Assembly (NCBI GenBank): GCA_965203905.1
Contig: CBDBDQ010000005.1
Coordinates: 1,760,001 to 1,824,000, forward strand
DNA from: Spirochaetia bacterium
GTDB taxonomy: Bacteria > Spirochaetota > Spirochaetia > SZUA-6 > Bin103
Length of the DNA stretch: 64,000 bases
Reading direction: 5' to 3'
Every line of letters starts with the position of its first letter. Position 1 is the first letter of the stretch. Of this stretch, positions 40,126 to 50,035 are shown in pieces. The notes beneath the pieces were generated by a model that worked only from the letters and a program-made list of their open reading frames with translations, was not told the DNA's origin and did no database searches. The position numbers and the translations under genes are program-made.

Positions 40126-40162
40126 CGGCGGGAAACGGAAGCTGACCAAGGAATAACGCGGC

Positions 40163-40498
40163 ATGGCCAAGACGCGACAGGCCTTCTACAAGTCGATTCC
40201 CGAGTTGCCGAAGGCCATGCAGACCAAGAAACGCAAGCCCAAGCTGATGGCCGTGGTGGACGAGGACAACTGCACCGGCTGTCAGGTGTGCGTCCCGTTC
40301 TGCCCGGTCGACTGCATCGAGACGGTGGCTTCGGACGTGTACGACAACCGGCCGATTCCGCCGGTGCAGATTCGCTTCAACGAGTGCATCGGCTGCCAGA
40401 TCTGCGCCCGGGTATGCACCCAGCTCACCTGGGACGCGATCCGCATGCTGCCCACGGCGCAGTTCGAAGCCCAGTACGGCATTTCCATCGACGCCTGA
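40163..40498 (+). CDS. 4Fe-4S dicluster domain protein
   Basis: CTGCQVCVPFCPVDCI and CIGCQICARVC...WDAI. Confidence 0.88.
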   Translation: MAKTRQAFYKSIPELPKAMQTKKRKPKLMAVVDEDNCTGCQVCVPFCPVDCIETVASDVYDNRPIPPVQIRFNECIGCQICARVCTQLTWDAIRMLPTAQFEAQYGISIDA

Positions 40499-40560
40499 CG
40501 CCGGCCCCCGGCCCGGCGCCGGGCCGAGCCCGCTGATACCGATCCCCGCCAGTATCTCCC

Positions 40561-41079
40561 ATGTGGCTGTTCATGTACGTCTGCTACCTGATGGGAGCGC
40601 TGACCTACGTGCTGTTCCTGTTCAGCGCGCTGCAGGACATCTTCCAGTTCGTGCTGTTCGGCGTCCCCCGCCTTACCTTCGCGTTCCTGACCGCCATCTT
40701 CTACCTGTTCACCCAGACCCTTACCATCTTCTTTTTCGTGGGCACCAGCAGCAACATCCGCGAATACCTGGAGTCGCAACCGGAGACTCCGGATCGCACC
40801 CAACTTGCGGCCCGCGCCCGCTACATCCGAGGGGCGGTGTCAGGCCATATCTATCTGAACATCCTGCTGTTCCTGGTCCAGGTGGTGCTGGGCGGCGCCG
40901 TGGCAGCGCGCGCTGTGCCCCACTTCCTGCATGCCGCCATGGTCGCGGTCGCGTTCCTGCACTTTCACTACGTGCTGTGGCGCGAGCATCTCGCGTTCCG
41001 GGACATCACCGGGGTGGTGGTGGCGATGACCGAACCGAGTCGTTCCGATCCTGCTGCCGACGCACCCCCGGACGCCTGA
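40561..41079 (+). CDS. Hypothetical integral membrane protein (~4 TM)
   Basis: Four hydrophobic segments with several His residues; co-oriented with the ferredoxins. Confidence 0.7.
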   Translation: MWLFMYVCYLMGALTYVLFLFSALQDIFQFVLFGVPRLTFAFLTAIFYLFTQTLTIFFFVGTSSNIREYLESQPETPDRTQLAARARYIRGAVSGHIYLNILLFLVQVVLGGAVAARAVPHFLHAAMVAVAFLHFHYVLWREHLAFRDITGVVVAMTEPSRSDPAADAPPDA

Positions 41080-41095
41080 CCGCCGTTCGCCCGGC

Positions 41096-41122
41096 GTGCT
41101 CCGGGTGCTCCGGGTGCTCCGG
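41096..41122 (+). repeat. 9-bp tandem repeat (GTGCTCCGG)x3
   Basis: Read directly in the intergenic region. Confidence 0.8.
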
Positions 41123-41200
41123 GGCGACGACTGTGCGGTCAACGGACGGGATGTATATATTCGTGCCGGACCCGCTTGGCGGGCACATGGAGGTCATCAA

Positions 41201-41518
41201 ATGCTCAAGAAGAGAGTGGAAACAATCGTGACGGGGGCGACCGACGCGGTCACCGGGGCACTGGATGCGCGCGCCAATGCGATAACGGTGCGTCCGGACG
41301 CCGCCAGCCTGAAACGCATCGACGAGCTGGTCGAGGCGGAGCTGTTCGCCAACCGCTCACAGGCCACGTCGTTCCTGGTAGCGGAAGGCATCAAGGCCAA
41401 CAGCCAGATGTTCGACCAGATCTACGACGGGTTCGAGAAGATACGCCAGGTGAGGGAGGAGCTCCGCGGGCTGGCGGGCGGCGCCGCGCCCGAGACGGAA
41501 GAGCAGGCGTCGGAGTAG
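41201..41518 (+). CDS. Small RHH-like/coiled-coil hypothetical protein (paralog of 24099-24416)
   Basis: GGAGG RBS; MLKKRVETIVTGATDAVTGALDAR..RIDELVEAELFANRSQA. Confidence 0.72.
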   Translation: MLKKRVETIVTGATDAVTGALDARANAITVRPDAASLKRIDELVEAELFANRSQATSFLVAEGIKANSQMFDQIYDGFEKIRQVREELRGLAGGAAPETEEQASE

Positions 41519-41533
41519 CGCGCCTCGCCCCGG

Positions 41534-41716
41534 CTACAGCAGGTTCCAGAAGAAGTAGACGGCAAACAGCAGCAGTCCGCCGGCGGCGACGGCCAGGGTC
41601 ACGATGGCGCGGGTAAAGCCGCGGCGGCCGCTGTCGAACTTCAGGACCGTGCGCGTCGGAACCTCCGCGTCGGGCCGCTCCGGACCGGCCGCCGGGGACG
41701 GTGACTGATCCTTCAT
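41534..41716 (-). CDS. Small single-TM hypothetical protein
   Basis: 60 aa with C-terminal hydrophobic helix; ATGA overlap with the upstream small ORF; purine-rich RBS. Confidence 0.55.
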   Translation of the reverse strand: MKDQSPSPAAGPERPDAEVPTRTVLKFDSGRRGFTRAIVTLAVAAGGLLLFAVYFFWNLL

Positions 41717-41877
41717 GCCTTTCCCTTCCCACCCTTCACCAGGAACCAGCCCAGCAGGAACACGCCGGCGGCGATCGCCAGGTCGCGGCCGCGCGGGCTG
41801 GCGGGGAGGGTGAGGACGTAGCTTACCCCGAGGTAGGCCAGTGCCGCCGCCTGCAACACCTTTCCCGCGATCAGCAT
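41713..41877 (-). CDS. Small two-TM hypothetical protein
   Basis: MLIAGKVLQAAALAYLG...AIAAGVFLLGWFL; coupled to the downstream ORF. Confidence 0.55.
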   Translation of the reverse strand: MLIAGKVLQAAALAYLGVSYVLTLPASPRGRDLAIAAGVFLLGWFLVKGGKGKA

Positions 41878-42004
41878 GGAGAGGTTGCCGGCGAGCGGTT
41901 GACAGCCCGAGAGACCACCATATGATGGAACAGTAGCGTTCACGGGCGCCCGCGGCCAGAGGCCCGGTGCCGGCGCCGAGACGTTTATTCCCTCAGGAGA
42001 CAGC

Positions 42005-43375
42005 ATGAGCACGATTTCAGGGCGCCCCGCGCGGGTCGCCATCGTGGGCAGTGGCCCTTCCGGATTCTACGCGGCCGACGCGCTGATCAAGGCGGATCAG
42101 GCCGTGACCATCGACATGTACGACCGTCTGCCGACCCCGTTCGGCCTGGTGCGCGGCGGCGTCGCACCCGACCATCCCAAGATCAAGAACGTGATCCGCG
42201 TCTACGAGCGCACCGCCAGGGACGCCGCCTTCAGTTTCCTCGGCAACGTCCACGTCGGCCGTGACGTGAGCGTGGAGGAACTGCGCGCGCACTACGACGC
42301 GGTGATCTTCACCTGCGGCGCGGAGACCGACCGCAGCCTGAACATTCCCGGCATCGAGCTGGCCGGCAGCCACACCGCTACCGAGTTCGTGGGCTGGTAC
42401 AACGGCCATCCGGACTACCTGGGACGCTCCTTCGACCTGTCGCAGGAGGTCGCCGTGGTGATCGGCCAGGGCAACGTCGCGGTGGACGTGACGCGGGTGC
42501 TGGCCAAGACCGTGGACGAGCTGAAGGACACCGACATCGCCGCCCACGCCCTCGACGCCCTGGCGGCGAGCAAGGTGAAGGAAGTGCACATGATCGGGCG
42601 CCGCGGCCCGGTGCAGGCGGCGTTCACCAACAAGGAGATCCGCGAGCTGGGCGAGCTTGACGACTGCGACCTGGTGTTCAACGACCTCGGCGACTTCGAC
42701 CTCAACCCGGCCAGCCAGGCGGAGCTGGACGACGCCGCCAACATCGGCGCCGGCCGCAACTGGAAGGTGCTGGAGGAGCTGCGCGTCCTGCAGCCGGCCG
42801 GCAAGAACCGCCGCATCGTGGTGCACTTCTTCCAGAGTCCGCGCGAGCTGACCGGCAACGGCCGGGTGCAGTCGCTGGTGCTGGAGCGTAACAAGCTGGC
42901 CGGTGAGGCCAACGACCAGTGGGCGGAAGGCACCGGCGAGACCGACACCATGGACTGCGGGCTGTTCTTCCGCAGCGTCGGCTACCGCGGGGTGGAGATA
43001 CCCGGTGTGCCGTTCGAGGCACGGCGCGGGGTGTTCCCCAACGAGGCGGGCCGCATCGTCGCCGACGGCGACCCGGTGCCGGGGCTGTACGCCGCCGGCT
43101 GGATCAAGCGCGGGCCCTCGGGGGTCATCGGCACCAACAAGCCCGACAGCGTGGAGACGGTGGCGAAGGTGATCGAGGACCTGCCGTCGCTGCCCGCCTG
43201 CGAGACCCCGGACACGGCGTCGGTCCAGGAACTGCTGGCGGCGCGCGACGTGCGCGTGGTCAGCTACGCCGACTGGCAGAAGATCGACGCCGCCGAGGTG
43301 GCGCGCGGCAAGCCGCACGGCAAGCCGCGCGAGAAGTTCACCACCGTGGAGGAGATGCTCGCCGTCCTGGACTGA
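42005..43375 (+). CDS. fprA: NADPH-ferredoxin reductase (adrenodoxin reductase/FprA type)
   Basis: [58 protein letters not shown]; AGGAG RBS. Confidence 0.92.
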   Translation: MSTISGRPARVAIVGSGPSGFYAADALIKADQAVTIDMYDRLPTPFGLVRGGVAPDHPKIKNVIRVYERTARDAAFSFLGNVHVGRDVSVEELRAHYDAVIFTCGAETDRSLNIPGIELAGSHTATEFVGWYNGHPDYLGRSFDLSQEVAVVIGQGNVAVDVTRVLAKTVDELKDTDIAAHALDALAASKVKEVHMIGRRGPVQAAFTNKEIRELGELDDCDLVFNDLGDFDLNPASQAELDDAANIGAGRNWKVLEELRVLQPAGKNRRIVVHFFQSPRELTGNGRVQSLVLERNKLAGEANDQWAEGTGETDTMDCGLFFRSVGYRGVEIPGVPFEARRGVFPNEAGRIVADGDPVPGLYAAGWIKRGPSGVIGTNKPDSVETVAKVIEDLPSLPACETPDTASVQELLAARDVRVVSYADWQKIDAAEVARGKPHGKPREKFTTVEEMLAVLD

Positions 43376-43401
43376 CCCTTCGTTGCAAGGAGCCTATGAA
43401 C

Positions 43402-43417
43402 GTGCTACAAGTAGCAC
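43402..43417. promoter_or_regulatory. Perfect palindromic operator of the vapBC operon
   Basis: GTGCTAC-AA-GTAGCAC immediately before the antitoxin ATG. Confidence 0.75.
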
Positions 43418-43418
43418 T

Positions 43419-43694
43419 ATGGATGCGATCGGAATCCGTGAGTTGCGGCAGCGGGCGAGCGACTACCTGCGGCGGGTAGCGGCGGGAGAGACATTCGAGG
43501 TGACCGATCGCGGGCGTCCGGTTGCCCTGCTCACCCCGATTCCAGACTCCTCGCCACTCGATCAGCTTCGTGCCGCCGGCGAGCTGGAGGAGGCGACGCA
43601 TTCGTCCGGCGAGCTGCCCGAGCCGGTCGATCCGGATCCGGGAAAGGAGCCGCCCTCGGTCAGGCTTGCGCGGCTGCGCAGCGATGAACGCTGA
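43419..43694 (+). CDS. vapB: Phd/YefM-type antitoxin
   Basis: IGIRELRQRASDYLRRVAAGETFEVTDRGRPVALL. Confidence 0.9.
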   Translation: MDAIGIRELRQRASDYLRRVAAGETFEVTDRGRPVALLTPIPDSSPLDQLRAAGELEEATHSSGELPEPVDPDPGKEPPSVRLARLRSDER

Positions 43695-44082
43695 GCGAGT
43701 CTGTTACCTCGACTCGTCCGCCATCGTAAAGCTGGTGGTGCGGGAAAGGGAGTCTGCCGCGTTGCGGCGCTATCTCCGCGGCCGCTCTCTGGTTTCGAGC
43801 GCACTCGCTCGCGTGGAGGTAGCGCGGGCAGTCATGCCGCATGGGACCCGAACGCGGCGCAAAGCGGGGGAGGTACTGTCGCGCATCGATCTGGTACGGA
43901 TCAACAGCAAGGTGCTCTCCCGGGCAGCCGCCATGGTACCGGCCGACCTTCGCACTCTCGATGCGATCCACCTCGCCACGGCGTCGCTCTTCGGGCGGTC
44001 GCTGAGCCGCTTCGTATGCTACGACGGGAGGTTGGCGGGTGCGGCGAAGGCTGACAACTGGAACGTCGTGTCACCGGGTTGA
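43684..44082 (+). CDS. vapC: PIN-domain toxin
   Basis: YLDSSAIVKL, SSALARVEV, LRTLDAIHLATA, YDGRL; overlaps the antitoxin. Confidence 0.92.
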   Translation: MNAERVCYLDSSAIVKLVVRERESAALRRYLRGRSLVSSALARVEVARAVMPHGTRTRRKAGEVLSRIDLVRINSKVLSRAAAMVPADLRTLDAIHLATASLFGRSLSRFVCYDGRLAGAAKADNWNVVSPG

Positions 44083-44110
44083 CGGCGCCACAGGCGCAGT
44101 TGGTTGTCGG

Positions 44111-44641
44111 TCAGGCCGGGAGCCGTTCCGCGGCCAGTTCCGTAAGCAGTTCGAGCTCGGCGGCCTGAAGGGCTTCCAGCAGAGCCGCCGCGGTGGCGTT
44201 GGGGCCGGTGGCGGCGGCACAGAGATCCACGAAGGCGAACGGATCCCACTGCTCGCGCAGCGCCGCGAGTTCCCGCGCCGGCTGCCCGCCCGCCTTGGCG
44301 AGCACTTCGACCGCGCGTCGCGACATCTGCGCGAAACCGGCGTGGGTGCCCACCTTGCGGAACCAGTACTTGCTGTTGGAGAAGTCGCCCTCGCGCCGGT
44401 GCATGGCGCCGTGCAGCCAGCTCCCGAAGCGGTCCGGCAGACCCTGCGACACGGTGTGGGACGCGTCCAGGTCGTCGTTCCACAGCAGCAGGGCGCTTGC
44501 CAGCGCCGGGTCCAGGTCGGCCGCGGAGATGCGGCGGCTCAGCTCCTGGTTCCAGGGCGCCGTGGGACACAGTGGCGGCAGCGGTTGCCGAGAGCGCAGC
44601 TCGGAGCTGACCTGCTGCACCAGTTCCCGAACGTCGGTCAT
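44111..44641 (-). CDS. Conserved hypothetical protein
   Basis: LLLWNDDLDASHTVSQ..WLHGAMHRREGDFSNSKYWF; ATGA overlap with the upstream gene. Confidence 0.75.
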   Translation of the reverse strand: MTDVRELVQQVSSELRSRQPLPPLCPTAPWNQELSRRISAADLDPALASALLLWNDDLDASHTVSQGLPDRFGSWLHGAMHRREGDFSNSKYWFRKVGTHAGFAQMSRRAVEVLAKAGGQPARELAALREQWDPFAFVDLCAAATGPNATAAALLEALQAAELELLTELAAERLPA

Positions 44642-44928
44642 GGGGTCGCCTCCAATCCGACCGGCATACGCGGCAGATCCGTCATCAGGGTACGCAACCG
44701 GTCCGGGGTCATGTCGGTGTGCACGGTGCCGTCGAGCATCAGGTTGGGGCCCTCCTCGCAGTGGCCGAGGCAGCCGCAACGCTGCATTTCCACGTCGCTG
44801 CGCGGATGGTCCTCCGCCTCCGCCAGCAGGTCGCTCGAGAAGTTGACGCCGCAGGTCGGTCCCACGCAGATGCGCAGGCTGTGACTGGTCCGCACAAGCT
44901 GCCCATCGGACGGCGCCTGATGGCTCAT
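44638..44928 (-). CDS. Thioredoxin-like (2Fe-2S) ferredoxin (NuoE-like)
   Basis: CVGPTC...CLGHCEEGPN. Confidence 0.82.
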   Translation of the reverse strand: MSHQAPSDGQLVRTSHSLRICVGPTCGVNFSSDLLAEAEDHPRSDVEMQRCGCLGHCEEGPNLMLDGTVHTDMTPDRLRTLMTDLPRMPVGLEATP

Positions 44929-46256
44929 GCCGCGGCCACCGCCGCGAGGTGCTCGATCGTCGGGTAGGGGAACAGCCCGGTGCTGTGGCCGTCGCTCCAG
45001 GTGATCGAGAGGGCGTAGTTGCCGACCGTGCGGATCTCACGCGCGTGAACGTCGGCCGGAATCGCGGCCGGATCGGCGGTCCGCTCACCACTGAACTCAT
45101 TGATGCAGTGGGCGCAACGGCAGCTCGCGCGCAACTCGCGGTTGGCTATCGATACCGTCTTGCCGTCGGCCCAGCGCAGCGTGATTCGCTCGGCGTCGTG
45201 CTCCACGCTGATGCTTTCCTGCGCCACCGACGCCTTGCCCAGGGCACGCACCATGCGGTCCGCCGCCGCGGCGATCTCGGGCAGGTCCACCTCGTCGCCG
45301 AAGGTGCGCCCATAGCGCTGCGGGTCGAGCGGGAGCTGCCCCAGCACCTCCACTCCGAAACGCTCCTGGAGCTGGCGTCCGCCGTCGCTGCCGAACACCG
45401 CGTGGCGCTCGCCGCGGGCCTCGAAGTAGGCCATGTTCTCGACCACTCCCAGCACCGGAACGCTTACCTTGTCGAACATCAGAATGCCCTTGCCGACATC
45501 CGCCAGCGCCAGCGGCTGGGGGGTGGTGACCACCACGGCGCCGTTGAGTTGCACCGCCTGGGTGATGGTGAGCTGGATGTCGCCGGTGCCCGGCGGCAGG
45601 TCGAGGAACAGGTAGTCCAGTTCGCCCCACTGGACCCCGTGCAGAAGCTGCTGGATGTAGTTGGTGACCATCGGGCCGCGCATCACCGCGGGAGCATCGC
45701 CGAGCCAGAAGCCGAACGACATCAGCTTGAGGGCGCCGACCCGCGCCGGCAGCAGCATGTTGCCGTCGTCCGCTTCCAGGTCCAGGTCGCGGCAGTCGAA
45801 CAGGGTCGGGATCGACGGCCCGAAGATATCGGTGTCCAGCAGCCCGACGCGATGACCGCGCTGCGCCAACTCGCACGCGAGTGCTGCGGCCACGGTGGAC
45901 TTGCCCACGCCTCCCTTGCAGGAGGCGACCGCGATCAGCGCCCCCACCTGGTTGAGCCCGCTCTCCCGCGCGCCGCCGGAACGCTGCGCGGCGGGACGTT
46001 CGGCGGCGGTGGGCTGGTTGCTGGTAATGGTCACGGTGACTGACCTGGTTCCCGGCAGCTCCCCCACCAGCCGCTCCGCCTCGGACTTGAACTGGTCGCG
46101 CACCGGACACGCGGGCGTGGTGATGTTGATCTCCACCAGCACGTGCCCGTCCTCGATCTCGAGGTTGGTGATGAAGCCGAGCGCGACGATGTCACGCCCC
46201 AGATCGGGGTCGACTATCTGCGCCAGCGCGGCAAGCACCTGATCCTTGGTAACCAT
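44925..46256 (-). CDS. mrp: Mrp/ApbC Fe-S carrier ATPase with DUF59 and DUF971 domains (HCF101-like)
   Basis: DPDLGRDIV..TTPACP (DUF59); GKGG-like CKGGVGKS, DLPPGTGD, VTTPQ, VENM; C-terminal LRASCRCAHC..VGNYA..WSDGHSTGLF (DUF971). Confidence 0.9.
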   Translation of the reverse strand: MVTKDQVLAALAQIVDPDLGRDIVALGFITNLEIEDGHVLVEINITTPACPVRDQFKSEAERLVGELPGTRSVTVTITSNQPTAAERPAAQRSGGARESGLNQVGALIAVASCKGGVGKSTVAAALACELAQRGHRVGLLDTDIFGPSIPTLFDCRDLDLEADDGNMLLPARVGALKLMSFGFWLGDAPAVMRGPMVTNYIQQLLHGVQWGELDYLFLDLPPGTGDIQLTITQAVQLNGAVVVTTPQPLALADVGKGILMFDKVSVPVLGVVENMAYFEARGERHAVFGSDGGRQLQERFGVEVLGQLPLDPQRYGRTFGDEVDLPEIAAAADRMVRALGKASVAQESISVEHDAERITLRWADGKTVSIANRELRASCRCAHCINEFSGERTADPAAIPADVHAREIRTVGNYALSITWSDGHSTGLFPYPTIEHLAAVAAA

Positions 46257-46270
46257 GATCCAGCCTCAAT

Positions 46271-47593
46271 CTACGTCGAAACCGGCGCCGCGGCCAGCCG
46301 TGGCGCCGGACCGACGTAGCGCGACCGCGGGCGCAGCATTACGCCGGTCGCGTATTGCTCCATGGCGTGGGCGATCCAACCCGCGGTTCGGGCGACGATG
46401 AACAGCGTCTCGGAAGCGCCGGCTGGAAGGTCGAGCACGGCGGCGAGGACGGCAAGTGGCAGGTCGACGTTCACCGGTGCATCGGTCACCATGTCCTGCA
46501 CCGCCTCCGCTGTCGCGGCCGCCACTTCGAGGGCGCGATGGCCGGGAGCGGCCGCGCGCAGTTGTCGCATCAGCTCCTCGGCGCGTGGGTCGCGGGTGCG
46601 GTAGAGCTTGTGCCCGAAACCGTACAGCGGGCGCCGCAACCGCAGGTACTCGGCGACGACCAGACGGGCCCGCCGTGGCTTGGCTACCGTCCGCAGCAGC
46701 TCCGTGACCAGGACGCTCGCCTGCCCATGCAGCGTCCCCTGGACCGCGGCGAGGCCGGCCATTACGGCCTGATAGGGGCTGGCGCGCGCCGACGCGGCGG
46801 TGCGCGCCGCCAGGGTCGAGACGTTGAGCTCGTGGTCGGCGAGGAGCACCAGGGCCGGCTCGATCAGGGCCGCCGCCAGTGCCGGGTCGGCCACTCCCCA
46901 GCATTTGGCCAGGGTGCTTGCGACCAGTCCGGGCGCCGCGGGCGGAGCCGCGTCTGGGCGCCGGGGGTCACCGGACGCTGAGCCCCCGGACCGCGACGAG
47001 GAGTGGTCGGTTGCTGCCAGCCGTTCCAGGCAGGCGAGTTGCGCCAGGATGATGCGCGCCCCGGTGCGCCGGACGGCCGCGGGGCTCAGATCCTCCGCGG
47101 CGGCGTCGGCGGCGGCCAGCCGCGGCAGGACCGACTGAAAGGCGAACCAGGGCTCCAGCGGCCGGCCGTTCGCGCGCACCCACCTGCGCCGCACCTTCGG
47201 CAGCACGGGATTTGCCAGTGCGGGGATCCGTGCCTCCAGGTCGCCGCTCCACAACAGGGCCACCACCTGCTCGAAGGTGTGCGTGCGCGCCAGCGTCGTA
47301 ACCGGCTGTCCGCGGTAGTACAGCTCCTGCTCGGTGATCAGGGTGAGCGACGAGTCCAGGATCGGTGCCGCACTGTGCTCGAAAGCGTGGCGAGCCGCCG
47401 TACTTGGATCGGAGCGTACCTCGGCACGCTGCTTGAGACGCATTACGTCGGCGCGCCGGTAGCGGCGCCGGCGTCCCGCCGCGATGCGCTCCGACCGGAT
47501 CAGTCCACGACTCACGTAGGCGTAGATCGTCTCCAGCTTGACGCCCAGAACCTCGGACGCTTCCGCGGCGGTCAGAAACGCGCCGTCCTTCAC
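46271..47593 (-). CDS. Citrate synthase-like protein with N-terminal HTH DNA-binding domain
   Basis: LTAAEASEVLGVKLETIYAYVSRGLI; DHELNVST, LHG, GFGH, NVD, ARTAGWIAH. Confidence 0.88.
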   Translation of the reverse strand: MKDGAFLTAAEASEVLGVKLETIYAYVSRGLIRSERIAAGRRRRYRRADVMRLKQRAEVRSDPSTAARHAFEHSAAPILDSSLTLITEQELYYRGQPVTTLARTHTFEQVVALLWSGDLEARIPALANPVLPKVRRRWVRANGRPLEPWFAFQSVLPRLAAADAAAEDLSPAAVRRTGARIILAQLACLERLAATDHSSSRSGGSASGDPRRPDAAPPAAPGLVASTLAKCWGVADPALAAALIEPALVLLADHELNVSTLAARTAASARASPYQAVMAGLAAVQGTLHGQASVLVTELLRTVAKPRRARLVVAEYLRLRRPLYGFGHKLYRTRDPRAEELMRQLRAAAPGHRALEVAAATAEAVQDMVTDAPVNVDLPLAVLAAVLDLPAGASETLFIVARTAGWIAHAMEQYATGVMLRPRSRYVGPAPRLAAAPVST

Positions 47594-47612
47594 GCTGCCG
47601 AATCTGACATAT

Positions 47613-47630
47613 ATTGATTACCTGATCAAT
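47613..47630. promoter_or_regulatory. Inverted repeat between the divergent citrate-synthase genes
   Basis: ATTGAT-N6-ATCAAT in an AT-rich 77-bp spacer. Confidence 0.6.
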
Positions 47631-47670
47631 CTTGACTACGCCGCCACCGGGCGCAACCTTGTGAGTTGAG

Positions 47671-48801
47671 ATGGATTCCCAAACGGAGGGGCTGGGCGAG
47701 AGACCGGTGGCCAGCACGGCGCTGACGCATATCGATGGTGAACGGGGTTGCCTGACGGTCGCCGGCTACGCCATCGAAGAGATTGCGCCGCGGTGTTCGT
47801 TCGAGGAGGCGTGTTTCCTGCTGTTCCACCAGCGTCTGCCCAACGCCGCCGAGCTGGAACGGTTCGCCGCCGGCCTGGTGCGGGGACGCGAGCTGCCGGC
47901 CGGGCTGTGGGCGGCGGCACGGCAGGCGGCCGTGGACCGCATCGAGCCGGTGGATGCCCTCATGATCCTTGCCGGGCTGCTGCGCCGTCAGGAACACGAT
48001 CCGCATCCGGCGGAGGTCGTCGCGGGGTTGATGATGGCGGCCGGCTGCTACGCGCGCCTGCGGGTCGGTAGCGATCCGAAGCCGCCGCCGCGAGAGGCGT
48101 CGCACGTCGCGGCCTACCTCCACCTGGTGTCCGGCCGGGCGCCTCACCCAACCGTGGTCCGGGCGCTGGAGACCTACCTGGTCACGGTTATGGACCACGG
48201 GCTGAACGCCTCCACGTTCGCCGCGCGCGTGGCGGCGTCCACCCATACCGACCTGCTGTCATGCACCCTGGCGGCCCTGGCCACGCTCAAGGGACCGCGC
48301 CACGGCGGCGCGCCGGGGCCGGCGCTGGAGATGGTGGAACGGATCCCCGACGTGGCGCAGGCGGCGGACTACCTGCGCGCGACGCTGGGCCGCGGCGAGC
48401 GGCTGATGGGTTTCGGGCACGGTGTCTACCGGGTGCGCGACCCGCGCGCCGACGTGCTGGCCGCGGCGCTTGAGGAATTGATCGACGCCCGAGTCCCGGG
48501 TCACGCCCAGGCTCAGGCGCTCTACGGCAAGGCGCGCGCCATTGAGCAGGTGGCGCTGCGCGTCCTCGCCGAGCACCGCCCACAGGCCCGGCTGCAGACC
48601 AACGTCGAGTTCTACACCGCGCTCCTGCTGCACGCCGTCGGCCTCGACCGCGAGCTGTTCACGCCCACCTTCGCCGTGGCGCGGGTGGTCGGCTGGCTGG
48701 CGCACGCAATCGAGCAGCGCGACTCCAACGTCCTCTTGCGACCACGCGCACGGTACCGCGGCCCGCACGGCCGCCGCTGGCTCCCCCTCACCGACCGCTG
48801 A
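47671..48801 (+). CDS. Citrate / 2-methylcitrate synthase family protein
   Basis: DHGLNASTF, GPRHGGA, MGFGHGVYRVRDPR, NVEFY, ARVVGWLAH. Confidence 0.9.
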   Translation: MDSQTEGLGERPVASTALTHIDGERGCLTVAGYAIEEIAPRCSFEEACFLLFHQRLPNAAELERFAAGLVRGRELPAGLWAAARQAAVDRIEPVDALMILAGLLRRQEHDPHPAEVVAGLMMAAGCYARLRVGSDPKPPPREASHVAAYLHLVSGRAPHPTVVRALETYLVTVMDHGLNASTFAARVAASTHTDLLSCTLAALATLKGPRHGGAPGPALEMVERIPDVAQAADYLRATLGRGERLMGFGHGVYRVRDPRADVLAAALEELIDARVPGHAQAQALYGKARAIEQVALRVLAEHRPQARLQTNVEFYTALLLHAVGLDRELFTPTFAVARVVGWLAHAIEQRDSNVLLRPRARYRGPHGRRWLPLTDR

Positions 48802-49018
48802 TCTTGTTCTTCATGGATCCGCATAATCTCCCATGAGAGACCGCTATGGCATCACCGTGAGAGTGCATTTCCATCGAGTCCAAGATATTGTTGGCGGCAT
48901 CGATTGCTTCGCGAAGATCAGAGAAACTCACAGAACCGCCGCCGCGATGAGCGACGGCATGGCGTTGGCGAACAGCGTTGTTCCAGGTAGACGTCATTAG
49001 TTTGTACCAGCCTTTCAT
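48788..49018 (-). pseudogene. HEPN-domain C-terminal remnant
   Basis: Rx4H motif RHAVAH with a following helix; only ~76 aa, directly downstream of the DUF262 remnant. Confidence 0.55.
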
Positions 49019-49042
49019 CCATGCCCGCGAGTAGTACCGCCG

Positions 49043-50035
49043 TCAGCGAGATCCAAGCAGAATCTCCTGAGCTCGTGCGAAGCGTTGCTTGACCATTTGG
49101 GTGTCACTCGTATTCCGCGTTACAGATGCTTCATTAAACACATCGTCCGATAATAAGGCGTCATAGCGTGTACGCCACTCCGCAGCCAGGTCTTCTTCAG
49201 CTGTGGATATCGCCACCATGACGGAGTCGAGAAGGCTAGGATTCAGCGCCCTTGACTTACGATGGAACGGTCTTTCGCCGAGCTCTCGGACCACCGTTGC
49301 ACATGTCCGGTTGAACGTTTCGCGAATCTGATCGGTGTAGACTCGTAATGCGTTCTGGTCCAGGCTCTGCTTATTGGCCATATTTGAGTTGAGAAACGTC
49401 TTCATTGGCTTCTCATAGCTTTGCCATTCTTCGCGCATGGCAATGAACCGAAGCACCAACTCAACGTCGCGAAGTCGCTGGTCCGGTTGCTCCGACCCCA
49501 GGATTGTCCTCCACTCGGAATCTTGGTTGAGTTCCTCGAGAAAAGCAAAGAACTCGCCCGAGTAGACGCACTTCCGGACCTCCATAGGGCTGAGGCGAAC
49601 TGCTCCCGTAGTCAGTCGCTCGAAGACGTGGTATATGCTCGAGTTGTCGTTTGGATTCAATTGACGGACAATAGTAGCGCGAAGCACTGCATGTTGAAGT
49701 TCTATCTGATCTGGTTCGGATAGTTGTTCGAGGTCTTGCCAGCCCACTTGGCGTTGATGTTCTTCAATTTGAACGGACCGGAAGGCCGAGCAAGAAGGAC
49801 TCGATCAGCTTGCTGGCTCGAACTTGGTCCCACACGTACGCCCGTTGGAACTCGGGCAGGATAATGCGCTGAGCGGTCCACTCTTCATAGTAGCCCTTTG
49901 CGTAAAGTCTGAAGGATAATAGTCGATGTCGAATCCGATCTGATCCTCCTCTTGCTCCGTTGGAGTTTCGGTGTCGACGATTTCCAAAGTGTTATGAGCG
50001 AGAGTCGCATCCATGCGCGAATCCTCTTTAGCCAT
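49043..50035 (-). pseudogene. DUF262 (ParB-like) protein, frameshifted and internally deleted
   Basis: YYPSDFT | frameshift | IILPEFQRAYVWDQVRASKLIESFLLGLPV | DGQQR region absent | IYHVFERLTTGAVRLSPMEVR; lower GC than flanks. Confidence 0.8.
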
